64,000 nucleotides of DNA. It comes from Polyangiaceae bacterium (GTDB lineage: Bacteria > Myxococcota_A > Polyangia > Polyangiales > Polyangiaceae). The stretch covers positions 32,001 to 96,000 of the forward strand of contig JAPSGB010000002.1 of NCBI GenBank assembly GCA_035063585.1, given 5' to 3'. Positions 21,685-31,213 of this stretch are shown here, piece by piece (the stretch's first letter is position 1; every line of letters starts with the position of its first letter). The notes under the pieces are model-generated. The model saw only the letters and a program-made list of their open reading frames with translations. It searched no databases and was not told where the DNA came from. Position numbers and translations under genes: made by a program.

Positions 21685-23376
21685 TCAATCCTTGCGGTGG
21701 GCAATCTCGGCGGGTGCGCTGAAGAACTTGTTCTTGTCCGGATCGTTGTAGCGCTCGTAGTCAATCTCGAGCGGGGTGATCTCACCCTTGCCGTCCTTGA
21801 ACCGGATGACCATCGCCATGGGTGTCACGCTGCGGTAGCTGCTGTCGGAGGGGAGGTCGTCGTTGCTGGCTCCGCCCGCGGAAAACAGCGTGATGAGGAG
21901 CTGGTGGTCGTCGTCGTAGGTGCGCCGAAAGCCTTCGTCGACCTTCTCGTGCCCGCGCACGAGGGTGTGGCAGCCGATCCGCTGGAGGAACGCCTGGCTC
22001 TGCAGGCGCCCGAACGGGAAGCGCGCCGACTGCTTCTGGAGGGAGGCCGGGATGACGTCCGCGCTCGAGGGATCGCTCCACATCATCTCGAAACGGAGGT
22101 CCCACTCGTTGAGGCTGGAGAGATCCCGGTACTGCTCCTTCATGGTGAGGTCGCGCGGGAGGCCCCCGTGCACGAACAAGAAGCGCTCGAAGGCGAGCAT
22201 GTTGGGCATCGCGTCGAAAAACTTCATGTAGTGCGCGAACACGTCCTGACCGAGGTGCGGCTTGAGCGTGCTCATGGCCTCGCTCGGGCGCACGGCGCCG
22301 TACACCTTGCCCTGGTGCTCGACATAGTACTCGTGGTTGCCGCGCAAGAAGTAGACGTGCTCGGGTGCGGTGACGAAGATCTGCATCGCCGAGCGGAGCA
22401 CGCCCTGATAGCTGAACATGCCGCGGTCGATGTAGTCCCCGAGCAGGATGAGCTTCGGGTTCGGATGTCGGGTCGGATCGGCGCGATAGTTCCCGACCTT
22501 GTCGAAGAACGCGGTCTGCATGAGCGTCGCCTTGAGGCAACTGTAACAACCGTGCAGATCGCCGAGCACGATGAGCTCGTAGTCCTCGCCCGGCGCGGTC
22601 GGACACACGTAGACATGACCGTCCAGGAACGGGGCCTGCCCCTTGAACTCAGTGAATTTCTGGTGACCGGCGAGCTTGCCGGTTCCCCCTTCGCGCTGGT
22701 TGTCGAAGGTCGCGATGACCTGATCCATGAGGAGCTCATCCGCCTTGACCTGCTGCAAGAGCAGCTCGTGGTCGGCGGTGTAGTTGTGCTCGAACTGATC
22801 GAAAAATGGGTGGTTCTCCCGCGGCGGTGCGAGCAGGGCGGCCGCGCCGACCGCGACCGGCGGCTTGCCGTCGCCGTCCTCGAGGAGCTCGACGCCGAGC
22901 TCCTCCTCGAGCAAATCGGCGAGCTCGCCGCGAAACTTCGCCTCGGCGGGATGGACCACGCCATCGGCCTGGATGAGCTCGTCGATGGTGTCCATGAGCT
23001 GCTCCTGGTTCGCGGAGTCGAAGCCCTTGAAGATCTCGAAGCAACGAAGCTTCAGCTTGGCGTGGACGAAGTCGTCTTGCTTCTCCCCCTCGGCTACCGC
23101 CTCGTCGAAGAGCCCCTTGACTTGGCGATCGATGCCCTCGAACACCTCGTGAAAATGCGTGGTATATTTTTGAACGAGCTCGCTCCTGAGCGCGGCATCC
23201 TCGGCTGCGACCGCGCCGCTCACTCTGTGCTCGACGAGCTTGCGAACGTAGTCGCGCACGAAGCTCTTCTCCGCGTCATCGAAATCACCGTCGATGTAGC
23301 CGAAGGTGGTGAGGTAGAAGATGACCGCCCGCATCTGCTTGTCGGCGGTCGGCCCGTCGGTGCTGAAGGTGAGCAT
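21685..23376 (-). CDS. PPP-family Ser/Thr metallophosphatase with N-terminal TerB-like helical region
   Basis: GDLHG, GDYIDRG, LRGNHE, HGG, WSDP, RGHE, TLFSA; N-terminal YIDGDFDDAEK and IQADGVVHPAEA (TerB-like aDG..E). Confidence 0.88.
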   Translation of the reverse strand: MLTFSTDGPTADKQMRAVIFYLTTFGYIDGDFDDAEKSFVRDYVRKLVEHRVSGAVAAEDAALRSELVQKYTTHFHEVFEGIDRQVKGLFDEAVAEGEKQDDFVHAKLKLRCFEIFKGFDSANQEQLMDTIDELIQADGVVHPAEAKFRGELADLLEEELGVELLEDGDGKPPVAVGAAALLAPPRENHPFFDQFEHNYTADHELLLQQVKADELLMDQVIATFDNQREGGTGKLAGHQKFTEFKGQAPFLDGHVYVCPTAPGEDYELIVLGDLHGCYSCLKATLMQTAFFDKVGNYRADPTRHPNPKLILLGDYIDRGMFSYQGVLRSAMQIFVTAPEHVYFLRGNHEYYVEHQGKVYGAVRPSEAMSTLKPHLGQDVFAHYMKFFDAMPNMLAFERFLFVHGGLPRDLTMKEQYRDLSSLNEWDLRFEMMWSDPSSADVIPASLQKQSARFPFGRLQSQAFLQRIGCHTLVRGHEKVDEGFRRTYDDDHQLLITLFSAGGASNDDLPSDSSYRSVTPMAMVIRFKDGKGEITPLEIDYERYNDPDKNKFFSAPAEIAHRKD

Positions 23377-23510
23377 CGCCCGAGGGTACGCGGGATCCAG
23401 GCTCGCGAGGAGCCCCCTTCGGCCGGCCCGCGCCGGGCCCGGGCGAGCTCGCGTCCGCCCCCCGGAGCGACTCGGGCGGCCAAGAGTGCGCTAGACTCCT
23501 CGGCGTCCCG

Positions 23511-24569
23511 ATGGCGAGAAAGAGCCGAGCCGCGGCCGAGCCCGCACCCACGACCGAGCGCGCCGTCGACGCGACCGAGACTTCGGACGACGAGCGCTTC
23601 GACCGCCTGTTTCGCCCGGAGACGCTCGCGGATTTCGTCGGCCAGAAGAAGCACACCGAGAATCTCCGCGTGTACGTCCGGGCGGCGCTCAAGCGAAAGG
23701 AGCCGCTCGACCACATCCTCCTCTGCGGCCCGCCCGGCCTCGGCAAGACCACGCTCGCCAACATCCTGGCGCGCGAGATGGGCGTGCAGCTCTTCGTCTC
23801 GAGCGGCCCCGCCATCGAGCACAAGGGGGTGCTCACCGGCCTCCTCACCCGGCTAGAGCGGGGCGACGTGCTCTTCATCGACGAGATCCATCGCTTGAGC
23901 GCGCAGGTCGAGGAGGCCCTGTATCCAGCCATCGAAGATTTCAGGATCGACGTCATGGTCGGCGACGGCGCGTACGCGGAGAGCATTCAGCTCGACGTCA
24001 AGCCGTTCACCCTCATCGGAGCGACCACCCGCACCGGGCTCCTCACCAAGCCGCTCCATGAGCGCTTCGGGGTCACCCTCCGCCTCGATTTCTACCCGCC
24101 GGAGGATCTCGAGCGGATCATCTCGAGGAGCGCGAGGCTGCTCGGCATCGAGTGCAGCGCCGAGGGCGCGCGCTCGCTCGCCGAGCGGAGCCGCGGAACT
24201 CCGCGCGTCGCCAATCGGCTCCTCCGGCGGGTGCGCGATTTCGCCGAGATCGAGGGAAGCGGCGTGGTCGACGCCGAAATCGTCGCGATCGCCTGTGATC
24301 GCCTCGAGATCGACGCGGGCGGGCTCGACGAGATGGATCGCCGCCTGCTTCGAGTGCTCATCGAGCACTATGACGGCGGACCGGTCGGGGTCGAGACGAT
24401 CGCGGCGGCGCTCGCCGAACCGCGAGACACCATCGAGGACGTGTACGAGCCGTACCTCCTGCAGCAGGGCTTCCTCGGGCGTACCCCGCGCGGGCGGATC
24501 GCCACCAAGCGGGCCTATGAGCACCTCGGGGTGCCGCTCGACGGCTCCCGTCAGCAGCAGCTCTTCTGA
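23511..24569 (+). CDS. ruvB: Holliday junction branch migration helicase RuvB
   Basis: RPETLADFVGQ, GPPGLGKTT, FIDEIHRL, GATTRTG, SRGTPRVANRLLRRVRD, EPYLLQQG, RTPRGR. Confidence 0.99.
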   Translation: MARKSRAAAEPAPTTERAVDATETSDDERFDRLFRPETLADFVGQKKHTENLRVYVRAALKRKEPLDHILLCGPPGLGKTTLANILAREMGVQLFVSSGPAIEHKGVLTGLLTRLERGDVLFIDEIHRLSAQVEEALYPAIEDFRIDVMVGDGAYAESIQLDVKPFTLIGATTRTGLLTKPLHERFGVTLRLDFYPPEDLERIISRSARLLGIECSAEGARSLAERSRGTPRVANRLLRRVRDFAEIEGSGVVDAEIVAIACDRLEIDAGGLDEMDRRLLRVLIEHYDGGPVGVETIAAALAEPRDTIEDVYEPYLLQQGFLGRTPRGRIATKRAYEHLGVPLDGSRQQQLF

Positions 24570-24656
24570 GCCGCCGCCGCGGATCTCGCGGTGGGAGCAG
24601 CCGAAGCGGGCGAAGAGGCTTGCCGCGAAGCCGCGAAGCCATGCATCATGATGCCC

Positions 24657-25874
24657 ATGGCTCGTGAGCGCGCGCTCCTCGTGCTCCTCGCTGCGGCTGG
24701 TCTCGGCGGTTGCAGCGTCGTCCTCGGCTATGACGACGTCACCTTCCACGAAGATGGCGGCGCGAGCGGTGGGAGCGGCGCGGTAGGGACGGGCGGCGGA
24801 GCGAACACGGGAGGAGCCGGCGGCGCGAACAGCGGCGGGAGCGCCGGAACCAGCGGGGCCAGCGGGACGGGCGGAACCAGCGGGACGGGCGGAACCAGCG
24901 GGACGGGCGGAACCAGCGGGACGGGCGGAACCAGCGGGACGGGCGGAACCAGCGGAACCAGCGGAACCGGCGGAACCAGCGGGACGGGCGGAACCGGCGG
25001 AACCGGCGGCGGAACCAGCGGAACCGGCGGAACCAGCGGAACCGGCGGCGGAACCAGCGGGACCGGCGGCGGAGCGAGCACGGACGCGTGCGCGCGGTGG
25101 AAGAGCGATCGCGCGAACATGGCGGAGGGGGCGTGGAGCGGGAGCGTCGCGAGCTGCAGCGCGGGAGACGTCGCCGCACCCGGGCGCGCCAACGCGCTCA
25201 AGCTCGTGAACCTCTATCGCTGGCTCGCCGGGCTGCCGGCGGTCGGGGGCGACTCATCTCGCGATCAAGGAGCGCAGGCCTGCGCGCTCATGATGCAGGC
25301 GAACGGGCAGCTCAGCCACACCCCGCCCTCGACGTGGACGTGTTACTCGAGCGAAGGCGCGACGGCAGCGGGGCGCAGCAACATCGCGACGGCGCCAGGT
25401 GTCTCCGCCATCGACCTATACATGGCCGATCCCGGCAACCCGACCACCATCGGGCATCGTCGCTGGATCCTCTCGAACTCGCTCGGCCCCATCGGCATCG
25501 GCTCTACGAGCGGCTATTCGTGTCTGTGGGTCATCGGCGGCTCGGGCTCCGGGAGCCGCGAGTGGACCGCGTGGCCGCCCCCCGGAAAAATCCCACTCGC
25601 GGTCATGAACACCTCGTGGCAGTCCGTCGACGACACCGGCTGGACGCTCCAGAGCGACAGCATCAGCCTGAGCGGCGCGACGGTCACCGTCACCGACGGC
25701 GGAACCGACCGGCCCGTCACCGTCACCGGCCTGAACTCGGGCTACGGCAGCACCTCGGCGCTCCGGTTCAACCCGAGCGGCTGGAGCTCGGAGGCCGGAC
25801 ACACCTACTCGGTGACGGTGAGCGGCATCAGCCAGCCCATCAGCTACGACGTCGAGTTCGTCGCCTGCGACTGA
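24657..25874 (+). CDS. CAP (SCP/PR-1) domain lipoprotein with Gly/Thr/Ser linker
   Basis: Lipobox LGGC; NLYRWLAGL, LSHTPP, SNIA, GHRRWIL. Confidence 0.85.
   Translation: MARERALLVLLAAAGLGGCSVVLGYDDVTFHEDGGASGGSGAVGTGGGANTGGAGGANSGGSAGTSGASGTGGTSGTGGTSGTGGTSGTGGTSGTGGTSGTSGTGGTSGTGGTGGTGGGTSGTGGTSGTGGGTSGTGGGASTDACARWKSDRANMAEGAWSGSVASCSAGDVAAPGRANALKLVNLYRWLAGLPAVGGDSSRDQGAQACALMMQANGQLSHTPPSTWTCYSSEGATAAGRSNIATAPGVSAIDLYMADPGNPTTIGHRRWILSNSLGPIGIGSTSGYSCLWVIGGSGSGSREWTAWPPPGKIPLAVMNTSWQSVDDTGWTLQSDSISLSGATVTVTDGGTDRPVTVTGLNSGYGSTSALRFNPSGWSSEAGHTYSVTVSGISQPISYDVEFVACD
24845..25070 (+). repeat. 18-bp tandem repeat AGCGGGACGGGCGGAACC (SGTGGT linker) with 9-bp variants
   Basis: Perfect units at 24861-24950, degenerate thereafter. 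Confidence 0.9.
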
Positions 25875-25889
25875 GCCGCCCCCGCGGCG

Positions 25890-26672
25890 TCATCGCGGCA
25901 GCAGGGCGAGCTGCCGAGACTCCGCGACGAGCGCCCCGCTCTCGTCCCATAGCTCGCCGTCTTCCTCCAGAAATCCTCCGATGAGAAAGCGTGTGCGGAA
26001 CGCGCAGCCGAGAAAACCCGGTCGCGGGCGGGCCCGGAAGTGCACCGTGAGCTCGAGCGTCGGGACCCAACCCACCATCGACCAGTTCAGCACCGGCGGC
26101 GGGAATGCGTCGGCGAAGAGCGCCAGGCTCCGTACGTCCGGCGGGCGGCCATCCGCGAAGCGACTCCAGCCGCGCAGCTCGGCGCGCTCGGTCGTCTTCC
26201 CCTCGAGGAACCCGAGCGTCTCGGGAGCGAGCCGCTGCTCGAAGCGACGCGCGAGCTCGATGGGCGGCTCGATCTGCGCGGGCGGCGGCCGATCGAGCCG
26301 CGGGAGCTCCGGCGGTGTGGCATCCATCCGGGTCGGGCCGGTCGCGGCCGCGAGATCTCCCCAGGTCGAGAGGAGCCGCGCGGTCTCGACGCCGCCCTGG
26401 CTCATCTTCGCCATGACGGTCGAGAACGTGCGCCCGAGCTTCACGCGCTCGACGTCGATGATGATCTCGCCGATCCTGGCCGGCTTCAGGAAGTGAACCG
26501 TGACCGTGAGCGGATCGGGCGCCGCGAGCGAGCGGCCCATCGCGGCGAGGCCGATCGCGAGCAGGTAGCCGCCGTTCGGGACCGGCCCGACGTTCCAGCG
26601 CGCGGTGACCTCGCCGCGATAGCGATCCTCACCGAGCTCGAACACCTGGGTATCTTCGTCGAATTCGTACAT
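25890..26672 (-). CDS. Acyl-CoA thioesterase family protein (double hot-dog fold)
   Basis: PNGGYL, HFLKP, GRTFS, DAFPP, PTLELTVH, EEDGELWD..G.LVAESRQLA. Confidence 0.9.
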   Translation of the reverse strand: MYEFDEDTQVFELGEDRYRGEVTARWNVGPVPNGGYLLAIGLAAMGRSLAAPDPLTVTVHFLKPARIGEIIIDVERVKLGRTFSTVMAKMSQGGVETARLLSTWGDLAAATGPTRMDATPPELPRLDRPPPAQIEPPIELARRFEQRLAPETLGFLEGKTTERAELRGWSRFADGRPPDVRSLALFADAFPPPVLNWSMVGWVPTLELTVHFRARPRPGFLGCAFRTRFLIGGFLEEDGELWDESGALVAESRQLALLPR

Positions 26673-26695
26673 GTGCTGGGTCGGGCCGAGGCGGT

Positions 26696-28567
26696 TCAGG
26701 GGATGATGGCGGCGCTCCGCGGCGGCACCTCGACGCCGGCGATACTACGCGCCTCGTCCGCGCCGTTCAGCGCCACCCGCTTGCCGTCGGGCATGCGCCA
26801 CACCTCGGGCACCACCGCGGTGCTCACGCGGCCCGCGGCGAGCTGGTCACTGAACGACGAGACCAGGTGATCGGGCGGTGAGGCGGGGAGGTAGTCCTCC
26901 GGCAGCGCCGGTCGCCCACCGAGGGCGTACCCTACCCGCTCGGCGTCGAGCGCCCAGCGCGCGCGAGCGGTGTCGAGCCTCGCGAGATCATCGCTGAGAA
27001 ATAGCGCGCCACCCGCGAACGCGACGACCCAGCCGCCCGCGCCGACCTCCGGCGCGGTGAGCCCGCGCAGGAGCACCGGATCGGCGTCGCAGAGCGTGGC
27101 CAGACAGAGCGGCGCGCGCGCGCCGACGCTGCGCGCCTGGTTCGTCACGTAAGGCCACGAAGGCCCGAAGACCTCGAGCGCGATGTCCCCGCCGACGCGC
27201 CAGGCGTCCGCGAACGGCAGCGTCGCGACCGCGGGCGCGCCGACCGCGAGCAGGAGCGCGTCGTCCCCCGCGGCGTCGCGGATGATGGAGAGCGCGCGCT
27301 CGTAGGCCTGCATCCCGGTCAAGGGTTCCATTCGCGCCCCCTCGAACGTCCCTGCGAACAGGAAATCGATCTTGAGGAGCGAGTACCCCCAGCCTCTGAG
27401 CTTGCGAATGGTGCCGCGCAAGTGCTCGGCTGCGGCGGGGTTCGTCACGTCGAGCACCAGCATCTTGCCGTTCTCGAGGTGCGTGAAGGACGCGCCGCCG
27501 ACGAACCATTCCGGGTGCTGCTTGGCAAGCTGACTCGACTCGGAGACCAGGAGCGGCGCAAGCCAGACGCCCGGCTCGAAACCCTCGGCGACGAGCTCGC
27601 GCGCGAGCCCGTCGAGGCCCGACGGGAAGCGCTCGTTCGGCTCCCAGTCGCCCCAACCCTGCTCCCAGCCGTCGTCGATGACCACGCGGAGCCGCGTGCC
27701 CGGCGGCAACCGCGGCGCGAGCACCTGCCGCGCGAGCGCCGCGTTGACGCGCACGTCTGCCTGGCTCACCCCGTCCCAGAGCTCGTACCAGGAGTTCCAC
27801 CCGGCCTCGGCGGACCGCGCGACCCGCGCGCGCCGCGACGGGAGCGCGGCCGCGTAGCCGCCGGCGAGCGCCGCGAGCTCGCTCCCATGTGCCACATGGA
27901 ATGACTCTCCGTCGAGCCGCTCGCCAGCGCGGAGCGCGACCGACTCGCCCGCTCCGCCCGACACGAGCCGGAGCGCGAGCCGGCCGGGGGCGTCGCTCGT
28001 CACCTGCACCCAGGGCTTGAACACGTGCGCGGTGGTCGCTCCGAGCAACAGGTATGGCCCGCCACCGCCAACCACGGTGAATTCCCACGACTGCGCGAAG
28101 CCATCGCGCAGGACCTCGCCGTCGCCGCGCGCCGCGAGCGCCTTCGCGAGGTCGGCCTCGTCGACCTTCGGGCGCAGCGCGACGGCGCCGGTCTGCGACC
28201 ACGACTGGAAGCCGTTCGAGATGAAGCTGGTCGCGCCCGGGAGCCAGCCGGTACCCTCGGCGGCGAGCGCAGACACCGTCACGGCTCGCGCCGCCACGAA
28301 TGAGACGCGGAGGCTCTCGCCCGCGCGCGTGAGCGTCACCGCGCCCGCGTCCCCGGCCGGACAGGTCACCGCATCGCCGTCACGAGAGCACGCCCCGTCC
28401 GATTCCGCGCCGCGCCAACCCCCTTCCACCAGGACCGCAGGCAGGAGCCGCACCGATCCCTCCCCCCCGGGGGAGGGATCGACCGGGGTCGCCCCGCCGC
28501 ACGCGGCGAGCGGCAAGAGCGCCGACGCGAGCGCGAGGGGTCGAGCCAAGTGCGGGTGGAAGGTCAC
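26696..28567 (-). CDS. Glycoside hydrolase family 36 (alpha-galactosidase-like) lipoprotein
   Basis: Lipobox LAAC; GWNSWY, IDDGW, FPSGL, GVWLAP, KIDF (nucleophile), RVGGD (acid/base). Confidence 0.85.
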   Translation of the reverse strand: MTFHPHLARPLALASALLPLAACGGATPVDPSPGGEGSVRLLPAVLVEGGWRGAESDGACSRDGDAVTCPAGDAGAVTLTRAGESLRVSFVAARAVTVSALAAEGTGWLPGATSFISNGFQSWSQTGAVALRPKVDEADLAKALAARGDGEVLRDGFAQSWEFTVVGGGGPYLLLGATTAHVFKPWVQVTSDAPGRLALRLVSGGAGESVALRAGERLDGESFHVAHGSELAALAGGYAAALPSRRARVARSAEAGWNSWYELWDGVSQADVRVNAALARQVLAPRLPPGTRLRVVIDDGWEQGWGDWEPNERFPSGLDGLARELVAEGFEPGVWLAPLLVSESSQLAKQHPEWFVGGASFTHLENGKMLVLDVTNPAAAEHLRGTIRKLRGWGYSLLKIDFLFAGTFEGARMEPLTGMQAYERALSIIRDAAGDDALLLAVGAPAVATLPFADAWRVGGDIALEVFGPSWPYVTNQARSVGARAPLCLATLCDADPVLLRGLTAPEVGAGGWVVAFAGGALFLSDDLARLDTARARWALDAERVGYALGGRPALPEDYLPASPPDHLVSSFSDQLAAGRVSTAVVPEVWRMPDGKRVALNGADEARSIAGVEVPPRSAAIIP

Positions 28568-29940
28568 GACCGCGGGTTATGCCAACCCTCGAGGCCGTCG
28601 ACCAGTCGATCACACTCCTTCGGGCCCCAGGTGCCCGGCTCGTACTCGTAGAGCGGGGTCACGTCGTCGAGGATGGGCTCCACGATCCCCCAGGCGGCCT
28701 CTACCGCGTCCTCGCGCACGAACTGCATGGCATCACCCTTCATGGAGTCGGTGAGGAGCCGCTCGTAGGCGCCCACCTCGTCGCCCGCGTCGGCCTCGAC
28801 CGCGACGAGCTCGGTCGGCATCGACACCCGCGCGGCGCCGGGGCGCTTCACGCGGGCCGCGAGCGAGATCGACACGTTCGGCCCGAGCCGGAGCCGGAAG
28901 TAGTTGCTCTCCTCGGGCGCGAGCCCGCTGAGCGGCGGCGCCTTGAGATCGACGACGACCTCGGTCGCCGTGACCGGGAGGCATTTCCCGGCGCGAATGA
29001 AGAACGGGACTCCCGCCCAGCGCCACGAGCTCACCTCGAGCCGCACCGCCGCGAACGTCTCCACGTGGGACTTCGGCGCGACCCCTGGCTCGTCGCGGTA
29101 ACCGCGGAACTGCCCGCGCACGAGTTGCTCGGGGCGGAGCGGCGCGATGGACCGGAACACCTTCACCTGCTCATCGCGGATCGAGTCCGAGTAGAGCGAG
29201 GTCGGCGGCTCCATCGCGAGGTAGCCGATGACCTGGAGCAGGTGGTTCTGGATGACGTCGCGGATCGCTCCCGTCTCGTCGTAGAACTTGCCGCGCCCCT
29301 GGACGCCGAAGCTCTCGGCCATCGTGATGTGCACCGAGTCGACGTAGTGCCGGTTCCAGATCGGCTCGAGAAAGGTGTTGGCGAAGCGGAAGAAGAGAAG
29401 ATTCTCGACCGCCTCTTTGCCGAGGTAGTGATCGATGCGATAGATACTCGACTCGGGGAGCACCGCGTGGAGCGCCTCGTTGAGCTTGCGGGCCGTCGCG
29501 AGATCGTGACCGAAGGGCTTCTCGACCACGACACGCGCCCCGTCCGCGCACCCGCTCGCGCCGAGCGAGCGCACCACCTCCGCGAACAGGCTGGGCGGGA
29601 TAGCGAGATAGTGGGTCGGATGCTGGGCCCCGCCGAGTCTTGCGCGGAGCCGCTGGAAGGTCTCGGGCTCGGTGTAAGAGCCGTCGATGTAGTCGAGCAG
29701 CTCGATCAGCCGCGCGAACGCGGCGGCGTCCACCCCGCCGCCATGCTCCAAGAGGCTCTGGCGCGCGCGCTCACGGAGCTGTTCCACCGTCCAGCCGGAC
29801 TTGGCGACGCCGATGATGGGGACCTTTAGCGTCCCCCGTTTCACCATGCTCTGCAGGGCCGGAAAGATCTTCTTGTACGCGAGGTCGCCCGTCGCGCCGA
29901 AGAACACCAACGCATCCGATTGAACGACGTCCTGGGTCAC
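28564..29940 (-). CDS. zwf: Glucose-6-phosphate 1-dehydrogenase
   Basis: [43 protein letters not shown]; start uncertain (29940 or 29955). Confidence 0.97.
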   Translation of the reverse strand: MTQDVVQSDALVFFGATGDLAYKKIFPALQSMVKRGTLKVPIIGVAKSGWTVEQLRERARQSLLEHGGGVDAAAFARLIELLDYIDGSYTEPETFQRLRARLGGAQHPTHYLAIPPSLFAEVVRSLGASGCADGARVVVEKPFGHDLATARKLNEALHAVLPESSIYRIDHYLGKEAVENLLFFRFANTFLEPIWNRHYVDSVHITMAESFGVQGRGKFYDETGAIRDVIQNHLLQVIGYLAMEPPTSLYSDSIRDEQVKVFRSIAPLRPEQLVRGQFRGYRDEPGVAPKSHVETFAAVRLEVSSWRWAGVPFFIRAGKCLPVTATEVVVDLKAPPLSGLAPEESNYFRLRLGPNVSISLAARVKRPGAARVSMPTELVAVEADAGDEVGAYERLLTDSMKGDAMQFVREDAVEAAWGIVEPILDDVTPLYEYEPGTWGPKECDRLVDGLEGWHNPRS

Positions 29941-30113
29941 CCGAACACGGTACACGCCGCGCGCACGCTAGAAAAGCGGTCGCACGAGCAGTCCTTCCGA
30001 CCTGCCTTTCGCACGAGCCGCAAGCCCGAGGAGCGCGCGGCGTCGCGACGCCGTCCGGGGAGCAAGGGTTCGAGAGGATGTCGGTGAGGCGCGGGCTCCA
30101 CGCGGGGCGAGCG

Positions 30114-31085
30114 TCAGTGGAGCGCGAGGAGCCCGGCCCAGAACAGCTCGCGGAGCCCGTTGTGACCGGCGGCGTTGGGGTGGATGCAGTCGTCGTGGAA
30201 CCAGTTGTCGGCCGCCGGCGTGTTCACTCGATGAGCGAGGAAGGCGCCGTGCAGATCGAGCAGGTGCACGCTTGCGTACCCCGCCGCCTTCTCGGTGAGC
30301 CCCTCGTTCCACGGCATGAGCGCCGGGTTGGTCGACTGCGTGCTCGGCCAGAGCGAGAGCGCGCCTGGGCACTTTCGCGACTCGGGCTCGTAGGTGAAGT
30401 CCCCGGTGCCGCCGCTCGGATCGTAGATGTTGGTGATGAGCACGTCGACCTCCACGCCCGGACCGAAGCGGTCGGCGCGCGTGAGCTCGTCCATCGCCGC
30501 GACCCAGCCGGCGAGGAAATCCTGGCGGTCACGCTCCTGGGCCTCGGGCGTGCCGATGAGGTAGTCGGTGAGCCCCGAGACGACGTCGTTGCCGCCAATG
30601 GTGCCGACGACCAGCACCGGGCCCGGCAGGGAGTCCGGTAGGCTCTTCGCCTGGTCGACGAGGACCGACGCGCCTCCGCTCATGCCCTGGGTGGCGATGG
30701 CGCCGCCCACCGAGACCTTCACGACGTTCGTCGTGGAGTCGAAACCCCAGCACGTCGCCAGGTCCACGCCCTTCCACTCGGGATAGAGCGCGTCGTCATT
30801 GTGGACGAGAAGGGTGCGATAAAACGGCTCCTGATCATCGGGGCCGCCGCTGCCGCCGACGTCCGAGATGGAGTCACCCACCACGACCAGCGTCTTATAT
30901 TCGGAGGTCGGGCAGCGGTGCAGATCCGCGGACGAGCCACCGCCCGCGCCCGCTTGATTGCCGCCACCCGCTGCGCCAGCCGCGCCGCCGGCGCCGGGCG
31001 TCGCGCCGCCGTCGTCCGAAGAGCCGCAGCCCGTGAGGGCGACCAGAGCAGAGAGCAGTACGGCACCGAGAAAGGAGCGAGTCAT
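30114..31085 (-). CDS. SGNH/GDSL hydrolase lipoprotein
   Basis: Lipobox LTGC; GDSIS, GGND, DCIHPNAAGH. Confidence 0.9.
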   Translation of the reverse strand: MTRSFLGAVLLSALVALTGCGSSDDGGATPGAGGAAGAAGGGNQAGAGGGSSADLHRCPTSEYKTLVVVGDSISDVGGSGGPDDQEPFYRTLLVHNDDALYPEWKGVDLATCWGFDSTTNVVKVSVGGAIATQGMSGGASVLVDQAKSLPDSLPGPVLVVGTIGGNDVVSGLTDYLIGTPEAQERDRQDFLAGWVAAMDELTRADRFGPGVEVDVLITNIYDPSGGTGDFTYEPESRKCPGALSLWPSTQSTNPALMPWNEGLTEKAAGYASVHLLDLHGAFLAHRVNTPAADNWFHDDCIHPNAAGHNGLRELFWAGLLALH

Positions 31086-31213
31086 CGGGAGAGCACCTCC
31101 GTGGGGGAGAGCGCCTGTCTACCCGAAGGCGCACGACTCCGCCAGCGCCACGCTGCCGCGCGCGAGGGGCTCGGCGCGAGGGGCGCCCCGCGCGAGCCCC
31201 TTTCCGGACGCAC

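Noticed and set aside
24845..25070. CRISPR array (also 18571-18697 and 31875-32867)
   Set aside because: Repeats are contiguous, in frame and spacer-less; no cas genes in the window.
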